Below, piece after piece: positions 29,179-38,843 of a stretch of 64,000 nt of DNA; position 1 is the first letter of the stretch; the number at the start of each line of letters is the position of its first letter. The stretch is taken from assembly GCA_964437465.1 (NCBI GenBank), contig CAYTGI010000003.1:5731-69730 (forward strand). The letters are read 5' to 3'. The stretch is from an uncultured Candidatus Saccharibacteria bacterium (lineage in GTDB: Bacteria > Patescibacteriota > Dojkabacteria > J137). A program made the position numbers and the translations under genes. The notes under the pieces are model-generated. The model ran no database searches, was not told the origin of the DNA, and worked only from the letters and a program-made list of their open reading frames with translations.

Positions 29179-30153
29179 TTATGTTTTTTTTCTTCTTTTA
29201 TTGAACTTTTTCCAGGGCTGATTATTTGTTTCAGAACTAGCTTTATTTTCTTTAATTGTATTTTTATCTCTATCTTCTGTTTGAATTTTCTTATTTTTAT
29301 TACTAAAAAACTTTAGCTGTACTCTTAAAATAAATTGGATTGATGGTACAATAAGAAGCAAACTTGATGCTATAAAAATTCCAGGAATAACAAAATTTAC
29401 ACCCATCCCGAAAAATAAAGGAAAAATAATGAAGAATATAGCTATCATTAAATAATTCTTTATAAGATCACTGTTATCTCTAAGATTTTCAATTACATTA
29501 TTAATTGTGTGCTTAGCATTTCTCCTTGTTTGAAGCCAGCTTAAGCTAAACAATATTGAAGACCATATTCCTGCATTAGCAATTGTTAAAATGTCTATAT
29601 CTCTAACTTGGTAAAACCTTGATACTACGGATATTAATGTTAACTGTGAAATTACAGATAAAAATATAAGAAATAAATTCAAAGCAAGGACTTTTAACAA
29701 TGCAAAGTAACCTCCTTCAATTTTAGAGGATCTAAAAATGAAGTAGATGTTTCCAAGATTAATAGAAATGAAGAATAAAGACACCGCAGATATAACAGAT
29801 AATAGAACATCCTGCTGACTTCTTTCAGGTATAATTTCTGAGATTGTATAGTCTATTTCTGTATCAGTAATATATTCCTCAATACTGTTTTGTACCTCCT
29901 CAAAGCCTATGTTTTGAAAATAAATTTTCTCATTTTGTCTATCTATTCTCGTTACACCTACTGAAGTTTGAAAGTTTCTAAAAAAATCTTCGCTAATTTC
30001 ATTCTCTGAACTTAAGTTCACAATAATTTTTTCATTAAAATCAGAAAAGTAGAAAATATTATTAACTAGTAATGTTGGAATAGATAGAACCAGTAAAAAG
30101 CTAATAAATATTACTAATGCATTATTTTTTATTCTTTTAAGATTTTTATTCAT
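29179..30153 (-). CDS. SecF-like membrane protein (architecture-based)
   Basis: Transmembrane segment, ~90-aa periplasmic loop, then about 5 transmembrane helices over 324 aa. Lies directly downstream of the SecD-like ORF with an 8-bp overlap. Confidence 0.35.
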   Translation of the reverse strand: MNKNLKRIKNNALVIFISFLLVLSIPTLLVNNIFYFSDFNEKIIVNLSSENEISEDFFRNFQTSVGVTRIDRQNEKIYFQNIGFEEVQNSIEEYITDTEIDYTISEIIPERSQQDVLLSVISAVSLFFISINLGNIYFIFRSSKIEGGYFALLKVLALNLFLIFLSVISQLTLISVVSRFYQVRDIDILTIANAGIWSSILFSLSWLQTRRNAKHTINNVIENLRDNSDLIKNYLMIAIFFIIFPLFFGMGVNFVIPGIFIASSLLLIVPSIQFILRVQLKFFSNKNKKIQTEDRDKNTIKENKASSETNNQPWKKFNKRRKKT

Positions 30154-31552
30154 AACTTTTTCTCAAACCAAATATGCTTCTTATAGTTTGGTTTTCAATT
30201 AAAAATGTATTAATAATAAAGTTTAGGTGAAAGAAAATTGTAATAACTAATGATATAAAACCAGCTACAATAACCTCTAAAGTCTGAGTAAACATACCTA
30301 AATCCACATTAAAGACATAAATAGATATTAGTGAAAGTATTGAGATTAATCCTAGAACAACGAAATCAAAATTCTTCTGAGTTAAATCAGTTTTATCCTC
30401 AGTTTTTAATAAATCAAATATAACAAAAGTAAAGATTGCAATAACTGTAATAATTCCAATAATAAATCCACTAGAGATTGGTGTTTGAACAAATTTCAAT
30501 ATATTAGTTAAAGTTAAAAGACCAAATGAAATTCCAGAAATGAATAGAATTGTCTTTCTTGCTTTTAAACTTTTACCTACATTCAGTACCAATAGTCCTA
30601 GTCCAACAATTATTGATCCTGCAATAAGTGTTGTCCCTTCTGGATTAAATACTGGAGCTTCTACTTTAGTTTCCTCAACAAGATTAATTGAGTAAGCTAA
30701 TGCTTCATCTTCTGTAAATAAACTATGAACTATGTTTAAGATATTATAATTTGACCTTGGATCACTTGATTCTACAAGTAAAGCTCTCATTGTTGATTCA
30801 TTAATGTCATCACGAATAATGTGCAGGATTTTTTCCCCGTCTATAATCATATTAGCTCCTATTTCTTCACCTGAAAAAAATCTATTAAAGTAAGAAACAA
30901 AGTTTGGAAGTCTTCTTACTGAGTCAATTCTTCTATCATCAACTGAAATTACTAAATTGCTTCCACTTACACTTGATCTTTGAGTTTGAGAACCACCAGC
31001 TCCATCATCTACATTTTGTTGGAAGCTTATGTTACTTGCGTATCTTATTGTTTTAATATCTTCCTCACTTACCTCGAAATCGATTTCACTTTCTGGATTG
31101 TTTGGATCTACTAGATATCTAAACTCAATTTCTCCTCTTGAAAACAACCAATCTGCATAAACTTCCCTCTCTGGATAGTTATTTGGAATTATAAGGTTTA
31201 GTTTGTATTCATCATTTGTTATCTCACCTTGAACTGTTATGTCGTATATTTCTGCAAATTTTATTCTAGAATCAATTGTATTGACTGCTTTTGTTAAAAA
31301 GTCTCTCTTATCTTCAGAAGAAATTTCCTCTTCTCCAAAGTCCACATTTGCAGTAAAAACCTCACTTGCATACACATCTTTACCTTGAGTTAAACTTCCG
31401 TAGTCTGCACCAATTCCTATTCGTGAAAATCCTACAGAAGGATATCTATAAGTCTGCCCATTTAAGTTAAAGGTGAATTCAGGTAGTGCTAGTACAAGAA
31501 GCAGAATAAATGTAATTATCGTTAAAAAGATTTTAAATGTTTTTATATTCAT
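30146..31552 (-). CDS. SecD-like membrane protein (architecture-based)
   Basis: Transmembrane segment, ~270-aa periplasmic domain, then a cluster of about 5 C-terminal transmembrane helices. No conserved motif verified. Confidence 0.35.
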   Translation of the reverse strand: MNIKTFKIFLTIITFILLLVLALPEFTFNLNGQTYRYPSVGFSRIGIGADYGSLTQGKDVYASEVFTANVDFGEEEISSEDKRDFLTKAVNTIDSRIKFAEIYDITVQGEITNDEYKLNLIIPNNYPEREVYADWLFSRGEIEFRYLVDPNNPESEIDFEVSEEDIKTIRYASNISFQQNVDDGAGGSQTQRSSVSGSNLVISVDDRRIDSVRRLPNFVSYFNRFFSGEEIGANMIIDGEKILHIIRDDINESTMRALLVESSDPRSNYNILNIVHSLFTEDEALAYSINLVEETKVEAPVFNPEGTTLIAGSIIVGLGLLVLNVGKSLKARKTILFISGISFGLLTLTNILKFVQTPISSGFIIGIITVIAIFTFVIFDLLKTEDKTDLTQKNFDFVVLGLISILSLISIYVFNVDLGMFTQTLEVIVAGFISLVITIFFHLNFIINTFLIENQTIRSIFGLRKSYE

Positions 31553-31593
31553 AGCAATGATTATACAAAAGGTTGGCTAAAACTCAAATAAAT

Positions 31594-32640
31594 TTACATG
31601 CTGGAAAGTTTATATTTTGTTCCTCTTCCCTTTCCTTCTATCTTTAAAAGCTTTTTTCTTACAAGATCATTCAGGTCTCTAAAGGCTGTCATTGTAGAAA
31701 CATCCATCATGTGACAATAATCTTCTCTCTTTATTGTGGGTACATTTTGTAAATATTTTAAAATTTTTAACTGTCTTTTGTTTAAGTTTAAAAATGGTTG
31801 TTGTTTTGATTTTTCTTCAATAGCAACAAATTCATTTATTTCTTCTCTTGAAGATATTAAATCACTTGAAACTATTGAAGTAAATATATCTATCCAATGG
31901 GACATATCATATGTTTTTCTTACAATGTCGTATCCTTTTAAGAATTTTTCTTCGTTATTTACGATCATTCTAATTACCGATGTGTAAGTCTTGGAACCAA
32001 AACCGTTTTTTAAAAAAAGATAATCAAGGATTGATAGAATGAAAAATTTGTTACCAGCAGGAAATGGTGAAATCTCCATCAATCTAAACATAACTATTGC
32101 AATTCTGACAATTGGAATTATTGTAGGTGAGGAATATTTGTACCATTCCACAAGTTCGTTAATCTCATTTTCAATTTCATTCACATTTAACGAAGTATCT
32201 CTAACGACAACATAACTATCCCATCTTTCATCTAACTTTTCGTTGAAAGATCGAAAATTAGCTTCCCATGTTTCTCTCCACTGATTTAAAATAAGTTTAG
32301 CTAAATGTAACATTATGGGTTTATCAAATTCTGAATACGTATCTGCTACATTTGATCTATTAAAATCCAAAACATTTTTGAAGTTCTTAATGATAATTGA
32401 TCTCATCTCATCCATAGTTTCAATCTTTTGAGAATTAGCAATTTTTTCAGCATCCTTTATTGTTAGTTCTAATCCAAGCATGTTTGAGAAATGCAAAATG
32501 TCATACGATTTTGTTTGAAGCAGAAGCTTTTGTCTAACACCGTAAGATAAATCCTGGTTTTCCAGAATTGCTTTACTTCTTTCAATCTTCACAAGATTCT
32601 GAACTACTTTATCGCTGTAATTGAATTTTGGTGTGTACAT
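31594..32640 (-). CDS. Fic/DOC-family protein with degenerate active-site motif and C-terminal winged-helix
   Basis: Fic-motif position reads ISPFPAGNKFF (HxFx[DE]GNGRxxR with His replaced by Ser and Arg replaced by Lys/Phe). C-terminal wHTH typical of Fic proteins (FRDLNDLVRKKLLKIEGKGRGTKYKL). Confidence 0.45.
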   Translation of the reverse strand: MYTPKFNYSDKVVQNLVKIERSKAILENQDLSYGVRQKLLLQTKSYDILHFSNMLGLELTIKDAEKIANSQKIETMDEMRSIIIKNFKNVLDFNRSNVADTYSEFDKPIMLHLAKLILNQWRETWEANFRSFNEKLDERWDSYVVVRDTSLNVNEIENEINELVEWYKYSSPTIIPIVRIAIVMFRLMEISPFPAGNKFFILSILDYLFLKNGFGSKTYTSVIRMIVNNEEKFLKGYDIVRKTYDMSHWIDIFTSIVSSDLISSREEINEFVAIEEKSKQQPFLNLNKRQLKILKYLQNVPTIKREDYCHMMDVSTMTAFRDLNDLVRKKLLKIEGKGRGTKYKLSSM

Positions 32641-33070
32641 ATTAAATCATAATACGTAAATGATATGAAAATAATAACATTTAAATTCAATGTATAAAAA
32701 TAGAAATAACTTTTTCTTTGGAGTAAAATCGTTGAATAAATTTAGAGTATAGAAAAGCTGTACAAAATTAAGTCACAACAGATCACTGATCTTGTTGAAA
32801 GGGGTTTCGAGTAACGATAAATCATCCAGGAGAAGGTAAGAGAAATTACGGAGAAGTTCATATTACTTCGAGCACTGTATTAACCCCAGGATATATCTTG
32901 AAGAATAATAACTTTAGAATAGTTTATAAATTTGAATGTGATGGAGATCTACAATTCTGGACTTAGGAAAGAGGGCATGAACCTGATGATATGTTAAATA
33001 TAAAATCAACTCAATTACATCAGCTTATTAAAAGTGGTGAAGTAGAACTTATTCCAACAACTACTGAATC

Positions 33071-33850
33071 CTAAATTTTTTTTTGTAAATCCTTAAGAGC
33101 ATTAAGTCTTCGAATGCCGTTATCTTTAACCTGAACTAGAAAACCTTCATAAGTATGATTTGTTCCATCTTTGTCGGGGTCTATCCATTCCTGGTTTTGT
33201 AGAGGTTCGGTTGAGTCTTTGATTACTATTTTTCCTTCTCTAGTTCCATTATCATCTCCATATTGTTCTGATGAGTTTATGTAATGAATCTCTCGAGTAT
33301 TTCCGTTATCATCTTTAACTACTTTTGTTACTAACATTATATGGTGAGAATTTTTCTTTTTTCCTTTGGATCTTATTACGTCTAGTGGTTTTACTTTATT
33401 AATTGATACTTTCTTTGCATTTTCAGAGTTAGTCATAATTTCAGCACCGAGTTTTTGTACTGGTTTTAATACATACGAAATTTTTCCGATTATACTTTTA
33501 TTAGGAATTTTAAACTTACCCCAAATTGGCTTACCGATTACCTCTAAGTGCCATTCATTTAAAACATGCATTATAAAGCCAGAACAATCTATTCCAATAC
33601 CTCTGTCTATTAAAAACTGTCTGATTTCTTTTTCTGTCATTTCATTAAAGTCTGCACCTTTTAGCTTTTCCCACATCTTTGCCTCAAGTTCGATTTCTTC
33701 CGGTGTTCCTTTTCCTACCATTGCTCTAAGATCTTTTGCCTTTCTTACATTAATAAAGTAGGGGCATCTGACGTCCTTCCCTCCAAGATTTAGGGCTTTA
33801 TATTTATTTATTATCTTCCAGATTGATTCTGGTAGTACTAATTCATTCAT
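33071..33850 (-). CDS. NlpC/P60-like (papain-fold) hydrolase
   Basis: Cys motif GIDCSGFIMHVL and downstream His-His (NSHHIMLV) match the NlpC/P60 Cys-His-His arrangement. Last gene of a 5-gene overlapped operon. Confidence 0.4.
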   Translation of the reverse strand: MNELVLPESIWKIINKYKALNLGGKDVRCPYFINVRKAKDLRAMVGKGTPEEIELEAKMWEKLKGADFNEMTEKEIRQFLIDRGIGIDCSGFIMHVLNEWHLEVIGKPIWGKFKIPNKSIIGKISYVLKPVQKLGAEIMTNSENAKKVSINKVKPLDVIRSKGKKKNSHHIMLVTKVVKDDNGNTREIHYINSSEQYGDDNGTREGKIVIKDSTEPLQNQEWIDPDKDGTNHTYEGFLVQVKDNGIRRLNALKDLQKKI

Positions 33851-34157
33851 TTAATTTTTTTGAATATTTTTTAATTTCTTTTAAAATTTCTTTTTCAAAA
33901 TTTTGCTGAGCTTTCATCCATTTTTCTATTTTACTTTTGAACTTACTTGCCTCTCCTGATATTATTAAATCTTCTAAAGGTTTTGAATACATCTGGTTTA
34001 CTGTATCAAAAGCTTTCTCAAATGTTTCCCCATTCAGGTGAGCTATTTCTTTTAGATATATTTCAAAATATTTAATCATAAAAGAAGTTAACTTTTCAGT
34101 CTCAACTTCATTATGAAACAAAGAACTAATTTCACTTATTATGTCATCAGACTTCAT
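33843..34157 (-). CDS. Hypothetical small helical protein
   Basis: 104 aa. Overlaps the upstream gene by 11 bp and the downstream gene by 8 bp. Confidence 0.35.
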   Translation of the reverse strand: MKSDDIISEISSLFHNEVETEKLTSFMIKYFEIYLKEIAHLNGETFEKAFDTVNQMYSKPLEDLIISGEASKFKSKIEKWMKAQQNFEKEILKEIKKYSKKLNE

Positions 34158-35583
34158 TTCTTATAGTCTTAAACGCTTCTGATAACCATGCAGGCAAACT
34201 TCTTTGCTTATCTATTATCCCATAATTAAACTGAAACCTACAAAGCTCGTCTAATTTTCTTTTTTTTGAATCAGGTTTTTGAAAATTAATAACAAATCCT
34301 GCACCCTCAATATCTTCAATTGAATAGCCATTACTTTTAAAAATTAGTGGCCTATCTTGTTCTTCATCAATGTATATTACGTTTTCTTTATCAGTTGGAT
34401 GTTTGTCTGACCAGTCTTTAGAAGAATTGTCACTTTGTAATCTATAAATTCCAGATTTAAAATTGTGGTCTTTTACATGGGTATCTTTATCAGCTCTTAA
34501 GAAAACTTGAGATCCTTTAAGATTAATCATATGTTCGTAGTCAAAGCTTATATGAATATCTAAGAATTCTGCAATATGCATTAAAAACTGGGGTATTGTA
34601 TTACCATGCTCTATTTCAAGATATGTTTGGAAAGGGATATTTGATGTTTGTCTTGCGTTAATCTCTATTAGGTATGCCTCATCTTCTTTAATAATAAGAT
34701 CTAATCCAAATAGTCCTCTATACCCTTGCTCTATTAACATCTTACCTATCTTGCTAATTTCTGTAGTAAGATCTACAAGTAGCTCATCACTAATTTCTTT
34801 TGAGTAAAACCAGTCAAAATCATTTCCTACAGTTGCCCCAACTGAGCTAGTTAATTCTTTAATCCCTGTAATTTGGTACTGTAGTCCTCCTATGTAAATA
34901 GAATTGTTATATATGCAAACATTTACTGTCATTGGAATACCTTCAATGTATTCACTTATTTTTACAATATTTCCAGCCTTCTCATTAGACATATTCTCAA
35001 GTTCATCTTTTGAAATAGAAAAATGAGTTCCTGAACCTGTGTGTGCTCTTTCTTCTTGTAGGACAAACTTATCTCCGAATTGTTCAATGATCTTTTCATG
35101 AGTTAGTTCATGAAAATATTTCTTCTGATTTTTAGGAGTTCTAATTTTTGCTCCTTCTAAATGACTTACTGCTTTAATTTTATTCTCAAAGATTTGATGA
35201 AGTTCATAATCGTTTCCTAAAAGTCTTCCACCCAAATTACTTATCTTATAATTCAGAGTATTAGTTGGTATGAATGTAAGTGCATAAAAACCTTTATTAG
35301 TCTTAATTTTATTAATCCAATCTTTTGTTTGATTTTGGCTTAATAAGTTACCAGTAGATTTATGAAGTAACTCTACACCTTCCTTTTCTAAACAGAAAAT
35401 TGAGATACCTTTTTCTAAAAGATTATCCACAATATCATTATCCTCAATACAACAGATATGAAAATTTTCGAGATATTTCTCTAATCCAATTGCTCTTTCA
35501 GCTTCTCTTGAAAAATATATTAGGGGTATATCCTTTGTTTTTTCATTGATCTTATCTACAAGTTCTTTGAATTCTTTTCTCAT
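34147..35583 (-). CDS. ATP-grasp family ligase
   Basis: ATP-grasp hallmark LIEINARQTS with the upstream GLFGLDLI segment. 478 aa with an extra N-terminal domain. Confidence 0.5.
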   Translation of the reverse strand: MRKEFKELVDKINEKTKDIPLIYFSREAERAIGLEKYLENFHICCIEDNDIVDNLLEKGISIFCLEKEGVELLHKSTGNLLSQNQTKDWINKIKTNKGFYALTFIPTNTLNYKISNLGGRLLGNDYELHQIFENKIKAVSHLEGAKIRTPKNQKKYFHELTHEKIIEQFGDKFVLQEERAHTGSGTHFSISKDELENMSNEKAGNIVKISEYIEGIPMTVNVCIYNNSIYIGGLQYQITGIKELTSSVGATVGNDFDWFYSKEISDELLVDLTTEISKIGKMLIEQGYRGLFGLDLIIKEDEAYLIEINARQTSNIPFQTYLEIEHGNTIPQFLMHIAEFLDIHISFDYEHMINLKGSQVFLRADKDTHVKDHNFKSGIYRLQSDNSSKDWSDKHPTDKENVIYIDEEQDRPLIFKSNGYSIEDIEGAGFVINFQKPDSKKRKLDELCRFQFNYGIIDKQRSLPAWLSEAFKTIRNEV

Positions 35584-36107
35584 TATTTTACGTAAAATAT
35601 TTTGAATCTTTTAAATTTGTCATCAGGTTCATAATCGTCGAAACCAAAAACGTTAGAGATTATTATGGATCCAGGTTTTAGTTCATTAAAAAGTTTTTCT
35701 CCTAACTCATTCATAGCTGATCTATAAATATATAGATAAACGATATCAAAATCTGAGTATGATTCTTTAAAAAAATCTCCATTTATGAATTTTGCATTTT
35801 CTTTAGACTTATTAAAAATATTTAACATTCTAGACAATAGTGTTAAAAAGGGATTTATATCAATTCCAGTTGAAGCAAGTCCTTTTCTTGATGCCCACCT
35901 AACTGTTCTCCCATCACCCGACCCTATATCAATAAATTTTTTCCCTTTGGGATCAATTTCCAGATAACTCCATAACTCATCTAATTTCTTTAATCTTGAA
36001 GGATAATAGGGTGTGTCGATAAAAAATCCTCTTAGAAGATAAATGGATAAAAAAATCCAAAGTGATATAAAAGTAAAAATACCTATCAAAAGCAAAATAT
36101 CCATCAT
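35583..36107 (-). CDS. Class I SAM-dependent methyltransferase
   Basis: Motif I FIDIGSGDGRTV, after an N-terminal transmembrane segment. Confidence 0.5.
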   Translation of the reverse strand: MMDILLLIGIFTFISLWIFLSIYLLRGFFIDTPYYPSRLKKLDELWSYLEIDPKGKKFIDIGSGDGRTVRWASRKGLASTGIDINPFLTLLSRMLNIFNKSKENAKFINGDFFKESYSDFDIVYLYIYRSAMNELGEKLFNELKPGSIIISNVFGFDDYEPDDKFKRFKIFYVK

Positions 36108-37039
36108 CTTCCAGAAGCAATTGTAATAAATATGCTATTTTCGTCTTTTTTATATTCTCTTAAGAATGCTGCAATGCCCAATAACGAAGTGTAGCTTAGC
36201 TCAATTCCACTTTTCTCAACAAATTCTTTTGCATTTTCCAGTTCATCGTTAGAGATTGAAAGTGCATAACCTTTAGTTTCTTTGATTATTTTTTCAAGCA
36301 TTGGTTTTCTGAGTAAAGATTTATCTACTATAGCATCTGCATAAGATTTTACTTCTGATACTTCAGTGTCTTCAACTAATGGATGGCAAGATTGAGTTTG
36401 AACTAGAACAATAGGGGGAATGTTTGATTCTTTCTCTAGCTCTAATTGTAATCCATGCGCAATACCTACAGCTGTTGTACCTGAAGATACTGAGCAGTAT
36501 ATCTTTGCTTTCATATTTCTATTTTTGTTTATTATTTCTTTAGCAATCTCAGAACCTAAAGACCAATAACCTTTTACTATCTCATCATCAGTAGAAGCTC
36601 TTAAGTTAGGTATGTTCTTTTCAGCGGAAATTCGAGCTGCTTTTTTTCTTGCTTTATTATCGAAATAAATTTCATGAGTATCTCCTGCTAGTTGGGTAAT
36701 AATATCTTTTTTCTGTTCATTAACTTCTGTAGATAAGACAATATGCATCTTAAAGTTTTGAAAGTTGTTAGCATATTTAAGAAAACTTATAGCAGCATTT
36801 CCAGAAGAAGAGATTACAGCTTCTTGGACTCCTTCTTTCATTAAGATCGAGATTTTATAAGCAGTTCCCCTGTCTTTCCATGATCCTGTAGGATTTTTAT
36901 CTTCTCGTTTAATAAATAAGTAGGAATTATTATCCAGTTCTATTTTGTCCACAGGAGTATATCCTTCTTCTAGTGTAAGGTGTTGTTTATCACTTAGTTC
37001 TACGCTTTTCTTTATAAAACGGTTTTTCCAGATACTCAT
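36104..37039 (-). CDS. Threonine synthase-like PLP-dependent (fold type II) enzyme
   Basis: Lysine motif KNPTGSWKDRG (matches ThrC NPTGSFKDRG), SSGNAAISFLKYA, and Gly-rich loop VSSGTTAVG. Confidence 0.6.
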   Translation of the reverse strand: MSIWKNRFIKKSVELSDKQHLTLEEGYTPVDKIELDNNSYLFIKREDKNPTGSWKDRGTAYKISILMKEGVQEAVISSSGNAAISFLKYANNFQNFKMHIVLSTEVNEQKKDIITQLAGDTHEIYFDNKARKKAARISAEKNIPNLRASTDDEIVKGYWSLGSEIAKEIINKNRNMKAKIYCSVSSGTTAVGIAHGLQLELEKESNIPPIVLVQTQSCHPLVEDTEVSEVKSYADAIVDKSLLRKPMLEKIIKETKGYALSISNDELENAKEFVEKSGIELSYTSLLGIAAFLREYKKDENSIFITIASGR

Positions 37040-37063
37040 ACCTGTTTTATAGCAAACCTATTC

Positions 37064-37363
37064 ATGATAAGATTATGTACGAAATATATAAATTTTACAA
37101 TGCATAATATGAGTGAAAATAAAGAAGGATGGATAAAAATTGAAAACGGAGAATTTTTATGTACTGAATGTGAGAATGTTGTAAAACCCTTGACTAGTAC
37201 AAGTGAAGGGATGGTTGAGGCAGATTTAGAAGATGTAAAGAAGCAGTTAAAAGAATTTCCAAACAAAGTAATCTACGCTGTTTGCCCAATTTGTGGAATG
37301 GAATATATTTTCAGGTTGGATGGAGAGGATCTTTTCGTAGAACCTAGTGATGAAGAGAAATAA
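37064..37363 (+). CDS. Zinc-ribbon protein
   Basis: CTEC...CPIC four-Cys arrangement. Divergent from the ThrC-like operon. Confidence 0.4.
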   Translation: MIRLCTKYINFTMHNMSENKEGWIKIENGEFLCTECENVVKPLTSTSEGMVEADLEDVKKQLKEFPNKVIYAVCPICGMEYIFRLDGEDLFVEPSDEEK

Positions 37364-37985
37364 ATCAAAGGAAGAATTTCAGGTTTCCTTGGACAAGATT
37401 GGTAAACTAATTTCAGACAGAGGACTTCAAACCTCTGTTTTTGAATATGATACAGATAAAGTCATAAAATTCCCCAAAAATAATATTGTTAATAAGTTTT
37501 TTAATACTGAACAGCTTAGTAAAAATTTTGATATATTAATCGATTCCTTCAAGGAATACATACCAGAAACAGTAATATCCCAGGTTGAAGGAAAAGAAGT
37601 AGCAATACAGAACAGGATATTCAATAACCATCATCTAAGCTCGAAGGAACCAATAGAAGTTTATTCCCAATTAGAGGAGATATATAAAAACTCTGAAAAA
37701 CTATTCAAAGATAAAGGAATTATGGTGGATCTCATTGGAGGAGAATCTTTTTGGCCATTTTTACTCAGGTACATATTTTCCCTAGGAAATAAAGAAAAGG
37801 CTAATCCTACCTTAAGCAACATACTAGTTGATGAAAAGAAAGGAGTCTATTTAACAGATTTTAATTCTGTTATTTCAAAATTCTCTCAAGCAAGATCTAT
37901 TAAAGATATATTTATTGTTATATATGCAAAAATACACTTTTTTATTCAGAAGTTTTATTTAAGAAATTTTGTAACTCACACATAA
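37347..37985 (+). CDS. Hypothetical protein
   Basis: 212 aa, overlaps the upstream Zn-ribbon ORF by 17 bp. Confidence 0.35.
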   Translation: MMKRNKSKEEFQVSLDKIGKLISDRGLQTSVFEYDTDKVIKFPKNNIVNKFFNTEQLSKNFDILIDSFKEYIPETVISQVEGKEVAIQNRIFNNHHLSSKEPIEVYSQLEEIYKNSEKLFKDKGIMVDLIGGESFWPFLLRYIFSLGNKEKANPTLSNILVDEKKGVYLTDFNSVISKFSQARSIKDIFIVIYAKIHFFIQKFYLRNFVTHT

Positions 37986-38183
37986 CATTGAAAAAGAAAG
38001 GTTTCACGAATAGCAGCAAAGATCAGAGGTTTTTTAGTAAAACTTCTGATTTTTTTGTTGTATATTTATATAAGCCAGTAGTGATATAAAATGTCCAACA
38101 CCGCTATTTAGGTCTGGCAAAATCGCTTTAGTCTGTGGACTATAAGTTGAGCCAGCATATATTGTCGTTTCGACAATTTTTAG

Positions 38184-38843
38184 CTACTGGCTGCTTTGTT
38201 CAATATTCTCAATTTCCTCTGTAACTTCTTCTTCTTCTTTATTTGTTTCTTGATCTATTAAAATACTACTTTCAGGTAATTCATCAGCCTGGCACCTTGA
38301 ATCCTGACTTTCGTTTACATTGTAATTTATGAGATATACAAGATAATAAGCTGGATCTTCTTGATTGAAGTTATCTTCTATACTAAAACTAAATCCATCA
38401 TTGGAAAAGTATGCATCATTAATATTAAACGGAAAAACTTTAATTAGTGACCCATTTACTAATTCATAGTTGTAAGGAAAATTAATTGATGTTCCATAAT
38501 TTTCTTGGAACTGTTCTAAGTAAAAAGAGCTCACCTCCTCTAAGGTTAGGTTTGAAGAAATAATATCGTATGCGACATAGTCGCAGCTATGTTTTTCATC
38601 TTCAGGGGTAATATCAAACCCTCCGATTAAAACTTCAGGACCAAGTATTGAGCTTGATTCAGATGGTAAGTTCAGGAGTTCAAACGAGCTTCTGTACTCA
38701 TCAAGGTTATTATTATTTATTAGAATTGATGAGGGAAATCCAAAAAAGAGCGATGTTAAAGTTAACGGGCAAATTAACATGAAAGGTATTGTAAAGAGGA
38801 ATAATAGAAGTTGAGGAGTGAATATTCTATCTGGCTTCATCAA
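38184..38843 (-). CDS. Hypothetical secreted protein
   Basis: N-terminal transmembrane/signal segment, acidic C-terminus. Overlaps pth by 17 bp. Confidence 0.35.
   Translation of the reverse strand: MMKPDRIFTPQLLLFLFTIPFMLICPLTLTSLFFGFPSSILINNNNLDEYRSSFELLNLPSESSSILGPEVLIGGFDITPEDEKHSCDYVAYDIISSNLTLEEVSSFYLEQFQENYGTSINFPYNYELVNGSLIKVFPFNINDAYFSNDGFSFSIEDNFNQEDPAYYLVYLINYNVNESQDSRCQADELPESSILIDQETNKEEEEVTEEIENIEQSSQ

Noticed and set aside
33843-34157. 104-aa ORF as a graspetide/RiPP precursor for the adjacent ATP-grasp ligase
   Set aside because: It has no recognisable core motif rich in Thr/Ser plus Asp/Glu and no leader-core organisation. The ATP-grasp enzyme is much larger than MdnC-type graspetide ligases.
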